A stretch of DNA of 36,863 nt from Phycisphaerales bacterium (GTDB lineage: Bacteria > Planctomycetota > Phycisphaerae > Phycisphaerales > UBA1924), in assembly GCA_030680655.1 (NCBI GenBank), contig JAUXUZ010000472.1, positions 1 to 36,863 of the forward strand, in the 5' to 3' direction. The position numbers and the translations under genes were made by a program. Below are positions 8,988-15,960 of the stretch, piece after piece. Under the pieces are notes generated by a model that was given only the letters and a program-made list of their open reading frames with translations, was not told the origin of the DNA and ran no database searches. Numbering within the stretch: position 1 is the stretch's first letter; every line of letters starts with the position of its first letter.

Positions 8988-10274
8988 ATGAGCAGCACAA
9001 GCGGTCTTTCGTCCAACACGTCAAACAACCAGCCCCGCAACGGCCTTCAGCTCGACGCGTCTACCCGCGACAGCATCCTGGCGAGGAACCAGGCGCAGAT
9101 CATGTCAGCCCTGGGTATGTCTCAGAAGGACAGGTTCAGCAGCAGCAGCGGCGGCGCCGGCGGCCTGAACCCCCTCAAGGGTCTCTACAGCGCGGCCGCC
9201 GCGACGTTCCTCAAGAACAAGCAGAGCCAGCTGGGCGAGGGGTCGACCAGGGGCCTCGGCTCCTACGAGAAAGCCGCCGACATCCTCAAGTCGCTCGCGG
9301 CAAAGAAGGAAGCGTCGAGCGACCCCGGCGCCTCGTTCCAGAACACCAACTCCAAGGTCAGCGGCCCCGCGTCGAGCACCAACTACAAGAAGTACCAGTG
9401 GACCGGCAACCCCGGCCCCACCGGTTCGGACGTAGTCACCGAGGACGCACCTGCCGACGAGGCCGCAACCGTGGAGGAGCCGTCGGAAGCGGCGGACCTC
9501 TCTGCGGTTCAGAGTGCGTTCAGCTCCTTCGTGACCGATGCCGGCGGGTCCATCGCCGACCGCGGTGACGGTACGTCGGACTTCAAAGTGCGGGACCTCG
9601 CCGGAACGATCACGCAGGAGGGGAACAAGCTGGTGGGCACGGTTGAGGTCTCCAGCGGCAGCTACTCCTTCGAGATCGCCGCCGACGGTGCGGTGATGAT
9701 CAACGCCAGCAATGGCGATATCGAATCGAAGGAGTTCGATCAGCTCAAGCAGCTCCTTAGTGGCAACCTCCAGGCCGTGGAAGCCCCGACCGAACCTGCG
9801 AGCACGACCGAACCTTCAGGCACCTCAGGTACGTCCGGCTCATCGAGCACCTCGGCCATTGAGGCCACGGCTGTCGCTGTCCTCAAGACCCTCGACGATG
9901 ACAAGTACAACTCCGCCGGCTACACGAACGCCAAGCTGTTTATGACCAAGCTGATGGGCGCCGACGGCAAGTTCGCGGCCAAGGACGGCGACGAACTCAA
10001 CATCTCCTTCAACGGCTACGCCGGCACGATGACGATCGACAAGGACAAGCTGTCCGGCGTGATCGGTTCGGGCGACGCCAAGATCTCGTTCACGATCGAG
10101 GGCAACGGCATGCTCACGATCCACGGTTCCGACAGCAAGGTGCTGGCCAGCAACAACAGCTCGGCGCTCCGCGCCGCACTGGGGGTCACCACGGGCGGCA
10201 CGACTAAGCAGCAATTCCGCATGGTCGAGTTCAACCGCTACGGCACGGGCCTGGGCCTGAACCTGCTGGGTTAA
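8988..10274 (+). CDS. Hypothetical 428-aa Ser/Thr/Asn/Gly-rich protein, no Cys, no signal peptide, internal ~45-60 aa duplication
   Basis: ATG 8988 is preceded by GGAGGAG (8973-8979). Codon usage is native and strongly C/G-ending, with a TAA stop. Sequence MSSTSGLSSNTSNNQPRNGLQLD... I recognise no family motif. The track start at 8844 adds an implausible N-terminus with no RBS. Confidence 0.7.
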   Translation: MSSTSGLSSNTSNNQPRNGLQLDASTRDSILARNQAQIMSALGMSQKDRFSSSSGGAGGLNPLKGLYSAAAATFLKNKQSQLGEGSTRGLGSYEKAADILKSLAAKKEASSDPGASFQNTNSKVSGPASSTNYKKYQWTGNPGPTGSDVVTEDAPADEAATVEEPSEAADLSAVQSAFSSFVTDAGGSIADRGDGTSDFKVRDLAGTITQEGNKLVGTVEVSSGSYSFEIAADGAVMINASNGDIESKEFDQLKQLLSGNLQAVEAPTEPASTTEPSGTSGTSGSSSTSAIEATAVAVLKTLDDDKYNSAGYTNAKLFMTKLMGADGKFAAKDGDELNISFNGYAGTMTIDKDKLSGVIGSGDAKISFTIEGNGMLTIHGSDSKVLASNNSSALRAALGVTTGGTTKQQFRMVEFNRYGTGLGLNLLG

Positions 10275-10301
10275 CCACGCCCCGCAAAGTGCTTTCACCC
10301 T

Positions 10302-10327
10302 CCCCGGCCCGCTCACGCGGCCCGGGG
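10302..10327 (+). promoter_or_regulatory. GC-rich intercistronic hairpin between the two Ser-rich genes
   Basis: CCCCGGCCCGC-TCAC-GCGGCCCGGGG: an 11-bp stem with one C.C mismatch and no U tract. Followed by GGAG and ATG 10345. Confidence 0.4.
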
Positions 10328-10344
10328 GGCTTACGGAGCCCACT

Positions 10345-10677
10345 ATGTCTTCTATCAACCCGTTCTTCAGTTCGTCCACCGCCTCGAGCTCGATGGTCAA
10401 GGCCTTCATGGCCCAGTCCAAGGCCGCCACCCTGCAAAACCTCTCGTTCTTCAGCGGCGCCAGCCCGACCGACACCGTTGACTTCTCAAAGACCGCGATC
10501 GACAGCTCGTTCTTCATGTCGATCATGCAGTCGGGCAACTCGGGGCTCTTCAAGGGCGTCTACAAAGACGCCGCCGCGTTCAACGAGAGCATGATGGCGA
10601 GCGTTTCGGCGGCCGCCGGGCTGAACTCCACCTTCAACAACTCCCTGATCGGCCAGCTCGTCAACCAGACCGGTTGA
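10345..10677 (+). CDS. Hypothetical 110-aa Ser/Phe-rich protein with no Arg, His, Cys or Trp
   Basis: MSSINPFFSSSTASSSMVKAFMAQSK... GGAG lies ~7 nt upstream and codon usage is native. By my count about 22% Ser and about 10% Phe, with recurring FF dipeptides. No recognisable family. Confidence 0.6.
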   Translation: MSSINPFFSSSTASSSMVKAFMAQSKAATLQNLSFFSGASPTDTVDFSKTAIDSSFFMSIMQSGNSGLFKGVYKDAAAFNESMMASVSAAAGLNSTFNNSLIGQLVNQTG

Positions 10678-10767
10678 GCCCGTTGCCCCGGCTTGCAAAG
10701 CCGCGCCAGAGTGCGGCGGCGGATGCGCCCCGACCGCGAGAATCAGGCACCAAACCGAGCACCAGGC

Positions 10768-10792
10768 AGAGCCCGCCAACGCGGGCTTTGTG
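10768..10792 (+). terminator. Rho-independent terminator candidate after the Ser-rich operon
   Basis: AGCCCGC-CAAC-GCGGGCT (10770-10787) followed by TTGTG. Outer A-T and G-T pairs can extend the stem. Confidence 0.5.
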
Positions 10793-10839
10793 CCTGCGCG
10801 CTCCGTACTATGCTGGCCATTTCCCCCGGAGTACGCCAC

Positions 10840-12504
10840 GTGTCAACAGCCAAGTCCATGGACGCCATCATGTCGCTCTGCAAGCGGCGCGGCTTTGTCT
10901 ACCAGGCGTCGGAGATCTACGGCGGCATCAACGGCTTCTGGGATTACGGCCCGCTGGGCGCGCAGCTGAAGAAGAACCTGCGCGACGCCTGGTGGCAGGA
11001 CATGATCATGAACCCCTGCTGGGGGCGCAAGGGCCCAAACGGCGAGCGCGTCAAGTGCGTGCCGGTGGAGACGTGCATCATCCAACATCCGAAGGTGTGG
11101 GAGGCGAGCGGGCACCTTGCCGGGTTCGCTGATCCGATGCGCAAGTGCCCTGGTTGCGGTCACTTTGTTCGGGCTGACCAGTTGTGGGACATCATCACCA
11201 CTGGTTCCGAGTGGTTCGCTTCGCTCATTCAGGAATTTGAACCTGCGCTTGAAGACACCAAGACGCCGGCGATAGACGCTTCCAAGCTTCTGAAATGGGC
11301 CCGCAGCAAGGGTCGTAAGCAAGCACCAAATCTTGCACTCGTCAAAAACCCCGAAGTGGTCCTCTCGTTCCTCGCGACGCGCATCAACGGGCAGCCAACA
11401 GCTCCTCCAGACGTCGTCGAGATTATTCGGCACCTCGCAACTGCCCAGCTCAACGCGACCGGCCTGCAGGACCCTTGCCCGCGATGCGGGGACGTCCTCG
11501 GCACGCCCGCGGCCTTCAAGCTGATGTTTGAGACGTATGCGGGCCTGACGCAGTCGGAGGACAACAAGGTGTACCTGCGCCCCGAAACGGCGCAGGGTGT
11601 GTTCGTTCAGTTCAAAAACGTGGTTGACACCACGCGGATTAAGGTGCCTTTCGGCATCGGCAACACCGGGAAGAGCTTCCGTAACGAGATTACTCCTCGC
11701 AACTTCACGTTCCGCTCGCGTGAGTTCGAACAGGCCGAGCTCGAGTTCTTCTGTCACCCCGACGAGAGCCTTGAATGGTACAAGTTCTGGCGCGACTTCC
11801 GCATGGAGTGGTGGAAATCGATCGGTCTCGCCGGCGAGAACCTCATCCTCCGCGAGCACGAGAAGGACGAACTCTCGTTCTACTCAAAGGGCACCAGCGA
11901 CGTTGAGTACAGGTTCCCCTTCACCGCTCCCGGCTTCGGCGAGCTCGAGGGCATCGCCCACCGCGGCGACTACGACCTCACCCAGCACCAGACCCACAGC
12001 CGCAACAAGCTCGACTACTTCGACACCACCCGCGGCGAGACGCTCCCCAACGGCGGCAAGAAGGGCGAGCGCTACATGCCCCACTGCATCGAGCCCGCCG
12101 CGGGCCTCGACCGCGGCGCGCTCGCGCTGATCTGCGAGGCGTACACGGTTGACTCAGCGCGCCCCAGCCCCGAGTTCCTCAAGCTCCACCCGCGTATCGC
12201 GCCCATCAAGGCCGCGGTCTTCCCGCTGATGGACAAGGACGGGCTTCCGGAGATCGCCGACGCGCTCTACGACAAGCTCTTCGCCCGCTTCGGGCGCATC
12301 GGCCTGATCGAGAACGACGCGAAGCAGTCGATCGGCAAGCGCTACGCCCGCATGGACGAAGCCGGCTGCCCCTACTGCTTCACCATCGACGGCGACACCA
12401 AGGCCGACCAGACCGTCACCGTGCGCGACCGCGACACCGGCCAGCAGCAACGCATGAACATCGACAAGGTCGAGGCGTTCCTGGCTGAGAAGCTGGGCGT
12501 CTGA
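10840..12504 (+). CDS. glyQS: Glycine--tRNA ligase (dimeric class II GlyQS type) with enlarged insertion between its two CxxC knuckles
   Basis: SLCKRRGFVYQASEIYGGINGFWDYGPLGAQLKKNLRDAWWQDMI, YLRPETAQGVFVQFKNV, GKSFRNEITPRNFTFRSREFEQAELEFF and HCIEPAAGLDRG. GTG 10840 has GGAG 8 nt upstream; ATG 10858 is an alternative. The track start at 10693 is rejected. Confidence 0.93.
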   Translation: MSTAKSMDAIMSLCKRRGFVYQASEIYGGINGFWDYGPLGAQLKKNLRDAWWQDMIMNPCWGRKGPNGERVKCVPVETCIIQHPKVWEASGHLAGFADPMRKCPGCGHFVRADQLWDIITTGSEWFASLIQEFEPALEDTKTPAIDASKLLKWARSKGRKQAPNLALVKNPEVVLSFLATRINGQPTAPPDVVEIIRHLATAQLNATGLQDPCPRCGDVLGTPAAFKLMFETYAGLTQSEDNKVYLRPETAQGVFVQFKNVVDTTRIKVPFGIGNTGKSFRNEITPRNFTFRSREFEQAELEFFCHPDESLEWYKFWRDFRMEWWKSIGLAGENLILREHEKDELSFYSKGTSDVEYRFPFTAPGFGELEGIAHRGDYDLTQHQTHSRNKLDYFDTTRGETLPNGGKKGERYMPHCIEPAAGLDRGALALICEAYTVDSARPSPEFLKLHPRIAPIKAAVFPLMDKDGLPEIADALYDKLFARFGRIGLIENDAKQSIGKRYARMDEAGCPYCFTIDGDTKADQTVTVRDRDTGQQQRMNIDKVEAFLAEKLGV

Positions 12505-12599
12505 CGACGACCACGCCCGCGGCCGCCAGTCGGTGGGACTGCACCCGGTCAGTACCGAGCTCAGGCGTTTCTGCAATCAGCCGAGCATTCCGGCAGGGC

Positions 12600-12630
12600 G
12601 GTCTTTGCGCAGAAAGACCCGGTTGTTCGT
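12600..12630 (+). terminator. Possible terminator after glyQS
   Basis: GGTCTTT-GCGCAG-AAAGACC (12600-12619) followed by the T-containing tail CGGTTGTTCGT. Confidence 0.35.
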
Positions 12631-12692
12631 ACGTTGTACGCGTCTGCTTCTGTCTTTGTCGCGTCGCCACGGGAGTTTCTCGTGATTGGTAT

Positions 12693-12721
12693 TTGACTAC
12701 GGTCGACATGGTCGATATATA
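12693..12721 (+). promoter_or_regulatory. Promoter candidate for the nos operon: TTGACT-17-TATATA, with a CRP/FNR-like half-palindrome over the -35
   Basis: TTGACT at 12693-12698, a 17-nt spacer, then TATATA at 12716-12721, in the only AT-rich stretch of the region. TTGAC-TACG-GTCGA (12693-12706) resembles the FNR/Dnr-type box TTGAT-N4-ATCAA. GTCGA recurs at 12711-12715. Confidence 0.4.
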
Positions 12722-12732
12722 TAGTAATGGGT

Positions 12733-12744
12733 CCAGATATCTGG
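12733..12744. promoter_or_regulatory. Perfect 12-bp palindrome CCAGATATCTGG just downstream of the candidate -10
   Basis: Read directly from the sequence. It lies between the promoter candidate and the cytochrome c start (GGAG 12761-12764, ATG 12773). Confidence 0.35.
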
Positions 12745-12772
12745 CTTTGAACCCGTCTTCGGAGTGTGTTCG

Positions 12773-13732
12773 ATGGACACCAGCAGGCCAAACGTCAATC
12801 ACGCCCCATCCGCGACGGGCACCAGCCCGGGCGGCGAGAGTGACTCGCTGGCTCTCGCGGTCTCGGCGATAGTGATCGTGGTTTCGGTGGCGGTATGGGG
12901 GCTGGCCCTGCTCGGTGGGGTGCGGGTCTCCAACTGGCTTACACCGCGACCGGAGCTGGCGATTCACCCGACGCTCGCCGCGCAGGAGCCGGGCGCGGTG
13001 CTCGATGTGGCTCTGGCGGCTCGCGGGCACGAGGTCTTCGAACGGTCCTGTGCCGCGTGCCACGGCAGCACCGGCAGCGGTAAGCAGGGGCTGGGCAAGG
13101 ACCTCGTTCGCAGCGACTTCGTTCTTGCCAGGAGTGACGCCGAGCTTGTGGCGTTTGTCGCAAAGGGGCGCGAAGCGACCGACCCGCTGAACACAACCAA
13201 GATCGCGATGCCCCCGCGCGGCGGGAACGCGCTGCTGACCGACGAGGACCTTGCCCGCGCTGCCGTGTACATGCGCGGGCTGCAGGACCCGCGCCGGATG
13301 CCGGAGCTGCCCCCGCTCCCGCCGCCGCCGCCCATCGTCGTCGCCGCGGTGACGCAGGACGAGAAGGCCGAGGCGCTCGCGGCCGCGGGCGGCGACGCCG
13401 AGCTGGCCGGGTACATCGCCAGCGGCAAGAAGATCTACGCGTCAACGTGCGCCGCCTGCCACGGCCCGGCGGCGAAGGGCCTCAAAGGCCTGGGCAAGGA
13501 CCTCACCACAAGCGAGTTTGTGCGCAGCAGCGACGAAGACACCATGCTGGCGTTCATCAAGCGCGGGCGCGGCCCGAGTGAGCCCGGGAACACGACGGGG
13601 ATCGCGATGCCACCCAAGGGCGGCAATCCGGCGATGACCGAGGACAACATGCTGGATGTGATCGCGTACATGCGCACGCTCCAACCGCCCAAGACCAAGA
13701 CAGACGCGGGGCAGCCGTTGCCCGGCAAGTGA
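12773..13732 (+). CDS. Membrane-anchored dihaem c-type cytochrome (tandem class I domains), first gene of the nos cluster
   Basis: Two CxxCH motifs (SCAACHGS and TCAACHGP) sit in two clearly duplicated ~90-aa domains, each ending ...IAMPP(R/K)GGN...YMR(G/T)LQ and joined by LPPLPPPPP. N-terminal TM LALAVSAIVIVVSVAVWGLALL. Confidence 0.9.
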   Translation: MDTSRPNVNHAPSATGTSPGGESDSLALAVSAIVIVVSVAVWGLALLGGVRVSNWLTPRPELAIHPTLAAQEPGAVLDVALAARGHEVFERSCAACHGSTGSGKQGLGKDLVRSDFVLARSDAELVAFVAKGREATDPLNTTKIAMPPRGGNALLTDEDLARAAVYMRGLQDPRRMPELPPLPPPPPIVVAAVTQDEKAEALAAAGGDAELAGYIASGKKIYASTCAACHGPAAKGLKGLGKDLTTSEFVRSSDEDTMLAFIKRGRGPSEPGNTTGIAMPPKGGNPAMTEDNMLDVIAYMRTLQPPKTKTDAGQPLPGK

Positions 13733-13742
13733 TCCGCAACAG

Positions 13743-13764
13743 GAGCGGGCCGTTTGTCCCGCTC
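13743..13764 (+). other. Intercistronic hairpin between the cytochrome c gene and nosZ
   Basis: GAGCGGG-CCGTTTGT-CCCGCTC followed by AAAAGGAG (the nosZ RBS). No U tract. Confidence 0.3.
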
Positions 13765-13780
13765 AAAAGGAGATTCGGCG

Positions 13781-15874
13781 ATGAAGGGTACAAGTGTGAC
13801 AAGAACCCGTGGACGGGCCTGCCCGCTGGCGATGGTGCTGCTGTGCGGGCTCGCGCTGCAGACGGTCGCGACCAGCGCTCAGGCACAGGACAGCCGCCGC
13901 AGGCGAACGACCCAGGAGCAGAAACCGCTCGTGCTGACGCCCGAGCAAACGGCCCAGCTGACCAAGATTGCCAACGACCGCAAGCTGAACATTGACGATC
14001 TGGTGGCCGCCAGCAAGACCTACACCCCCAGCGGCCGTCTGGACGAGTACGTGCTCTTCTCCTCCGGCGGCCAGAGCGGCCAGGTGTTTGCGATCGGCGT
14101 TCCGAGCATGCGGTTGCTGCGGTCGATCGCGGTCTTCACACCCGAGTCGTGGCAGGGCTACGGCTTCTCCGGGCTCGACGACCCGGTGCAGGAGCGGCTG
14201 ATGATCAACGGCAAGTCCGTCCCCTGGGGCGACACGCACCACCCTGCGCTGTCGGAGACCGCGGGCGATTACGACGGCCAGTTCCTCTTCATCGGCGACA
14301 AGGCGAACGCGCGGCTCGGCGTGATCGACCTGCGCGACTGGGAGACCAAGCAGATCGTGAAGAACCCGCTGACGATCAGCGACCACGGCGCCGCGTTCGT
14401 CACACCCAACACCGACTACGTGATCGAGGGCGGCCAGTACGGGACCGTGCTGGGGTACGGCTACGCCCCGCCAGAGGACTACAAGAAGTCGTACCGCGGC
14501 ATGGTCACGATGTGGAAGTTCGACCGCGCCAAGGGGCGGATCGATACGACCAAGTCGTTCGCGATGGAGCTGCCCCCGTACTGGCAGGACCTGGCCGATG
14601 CGGGCAAGGGCGCCAGCGACGGGTACTTCTTCATCAACTCGTTCAACACCGAGATGGCAACGGGAGGCGTCGAGGACGGGAAGCCGCCCTTTGAGGCCGG
14701 CGCCAGCAAGCGCGACATGGACTACCTGCACATCATCGACTGGAAGAAAGCGGAGAAGGTCTTCAACGAAGGCAAGGTCAAGGTGATCAACGGCTTCCCG
14801 GTGATCATGATGGACACGAGCATCGCCGAGGGCCTGCTCTACTTCGCGCCCGAGCCGAAGAGCCCCCACGGCGTTGACGTGACGCCCAACGGCCAGTACA
14901 TGGTCGTCGCAGGGAAGCTCGACCCCCACGTGACCGTCTACTCGATCGACCGCATCAAGAAGGCGATCGCGGAGAAGAAGTACACCGGCACCGACGAGTA
15001 CGGCGTGCCGATCCTGAGCTTCGACGCCGTCATGGAGGCGCAGGTCGAGGTCGGCCTTGGGCCGCTGCACACGCAGTTTGACGACAAGGGGTACGCGTAC
15101 ACCTCGCTGTTCCTTGACTCGGCGGTGGCGCGCTGGAGCCTCGGCGGCGAGTACGCCGACAAGCATAGCGAGCAGCCGTGGAAGCTGGTCGCCAAGACGC
15201 CGGTCCAGTACAACATCGGGCACCTGTGCACCGCCGAGGGCGACACCGTGAGCCCCGACGGCAAGTACCTCATCGCGATGAACAAGTGGTCGGTCGACCG
15301 TTTCGTGCAGACGGGCCCGCTGATGCCACAGAACTTCCAGCTGCTGGACATCGAGAGCCCCGGCACGACGATGCCCGTGCTCTACGACCTGCCCATCGGC
15401 GTGGGTGAGCCGCACTACTGCCAGATGATCAAGGCTGACAAGCTCAAGAGCTGGGGCGTTTACCCCGAGGTCGGCTGGAACCCGCACACGCAGTCGCTCG
15501 ACCCCAACGCCCCCAAGAAGGGCGACGAGGGCGTGACACGCCAGGGCAACAAGGTGCTCGTGAAGATGACCGCCGTGCGCAGCCACTTCACGCCCGAGCA
15601 CGTCATGGTCAACGAGGGCGACGAGGTCACCTGGCGCATCGTCGTGAACGAGACGACCGTCGACGCGACGCACGGGTTCTGCATCGGCGGCTACAACATC
15701 AACCTCTCGATGGAGCCGGGTGAGTACACCGAGTTCCGCTTCATCGCCGACAGGGCGGGGACGTACCCGTTCTACTGCACCGAGTTCTGCTCGGCCCTTC
15801 ACCTTGAGATGATGGGCTACCTGCACGTCAAGCCGGCGTCCAAGGGGACGGCTGACGCAGCGACCGTTAAGTAA
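13781..15874 (+). CDS. nosZ: Nitrous-oxide reductase, clade II (Sec-dependent) type
   Basis: Start ATG 13781 with AAGGAG 7 nt upstream. Sec-type signal MKGTSVTRTRGRACPLAMVLLCGLALQTVATSAQA with no RRxF Tat motif. LFSSGGQSGQVFAIGVPSMRLLRSI, WGDTHHP, and C-terminal CuA site HGFCI...YCTEFCSALHLEMMGYLHV. TAA stop. Confidence 0.95.
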   Translation: MKGTSVTRTRGRACPLAMVLLCGLALQTVATSAQAQDSRRRRTTQEQKPLVLTPEQTAQLTKIANDRKLNIDDLVAASKTYTPSGRLDEYVLFSSGGQSGQVFAIGVPSMRLLRSIAVFTPESWQGYGFSGLDDPVQERLMINGKSVPWGDTHHPALSETAGDYDGQFLFIGDKANARLGVIDLRDWETKQIVKNPLTISDHGAAFVTPNTDYVIEGGQYGTVLGYGYAPPEDYKKSYRGMVTMWKFDRAKGRIDTTKSFAMELPPYWQDLADAGKGASDGYFFINSFNTEMATGGVEDGKPPFEAGASKRDMDYLHIIDWKKAEKVFNEGKVKVINGFPVIMMDTSIAEGLLYFAPEPKSPHGVDVTPNGQYMVVAGKLDPHVTVYSIDRIKKAIAEKKYTGTDEYGVPILSFDAVMEAQVEVGLGPLHTQFDDKGYAYTSLFLDSAVARWSLGGEYADKHSEQPWKLVAKTPVQYNIGHLCTAEGDTVSPDGKYLIAMNKWSVDRFVQTGPLMPQNFQLLDIESPGTTMPVLYDLPIGVGEPHYCQMIKADKLKSWGVYPEVGWNPHTQSLDPNAPKKGDEGVTRQGNKVLVKMTAVRSHFTPEHVMVNEGDEVTWRIVVNETTVDATHGFCIGGYNINLSMEPGEYTEFRFIADRAGTYPFYCTEFCSALHLEMMGYLHVKPASKGTADAATVK

Positions 15875-15880
15875 CCGTTG

Positions 15881-15912
15881 CGCCGGCCGGGGGCTAACGC
15901 CCCGGGCCGGCG
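15881..15912 (+). terminator. Strong GC hairpin immediately after nosZ (attenuator or partial terminator candidate)
   Basis: CGCCGGCCGGGGG-CTAACG-CCCCGGGCCGGCG: a 13-bp stem with one G.G mismatch and no U tract. Confidence 0.4.
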
Positions 15913-15960
15913 ATTGACCGGGCGCGCCGTCCGCGACGCGTCTGGAGATTGGAGCCGCCT

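Noticed and set aside
10345-10677. Idea that the 110-aa Ser-rich protein is an anti-sigma-28 factor FlgM, or that the pair are flagellar axial proteins
   Set aside because: Only vague resemblance exists (a disordered Ser-rich N-terminus and a DTVDFSKTA segment). I could not find the conserved FlgM C-terminal helix pattern, flagellin/hook N- or C-terminal heptads, a sigma-28 promoter (TAAA-N15-GCCGATAA), or neighbouring flagellar genes. It is kept only as an analogy in the findings.
12505-12772. The 268-nt glyQS-nos intergenic region as a possible sRNA or riboswitch, and the 76-aa minus-strand ORF 12561-12791
   Set aside because: I recognised no known riboswitch or housekeeping RNA signature. 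The region is adequately explained by a terminator candidate plus the promoter/operator elements. The ORF has odd composition and no RBS. An sRNA cannot be excluded without expression data.
13894-13905. RRRR in the NosZ N-terminal region as a possible twin-arginine (Tat) signal
   Set aside because: It lies after the hydrophobic core and the AQA cleavage site, not before the h-region, and lacks the RRxFL context. The signal is Sec-type, consistent with clade II.
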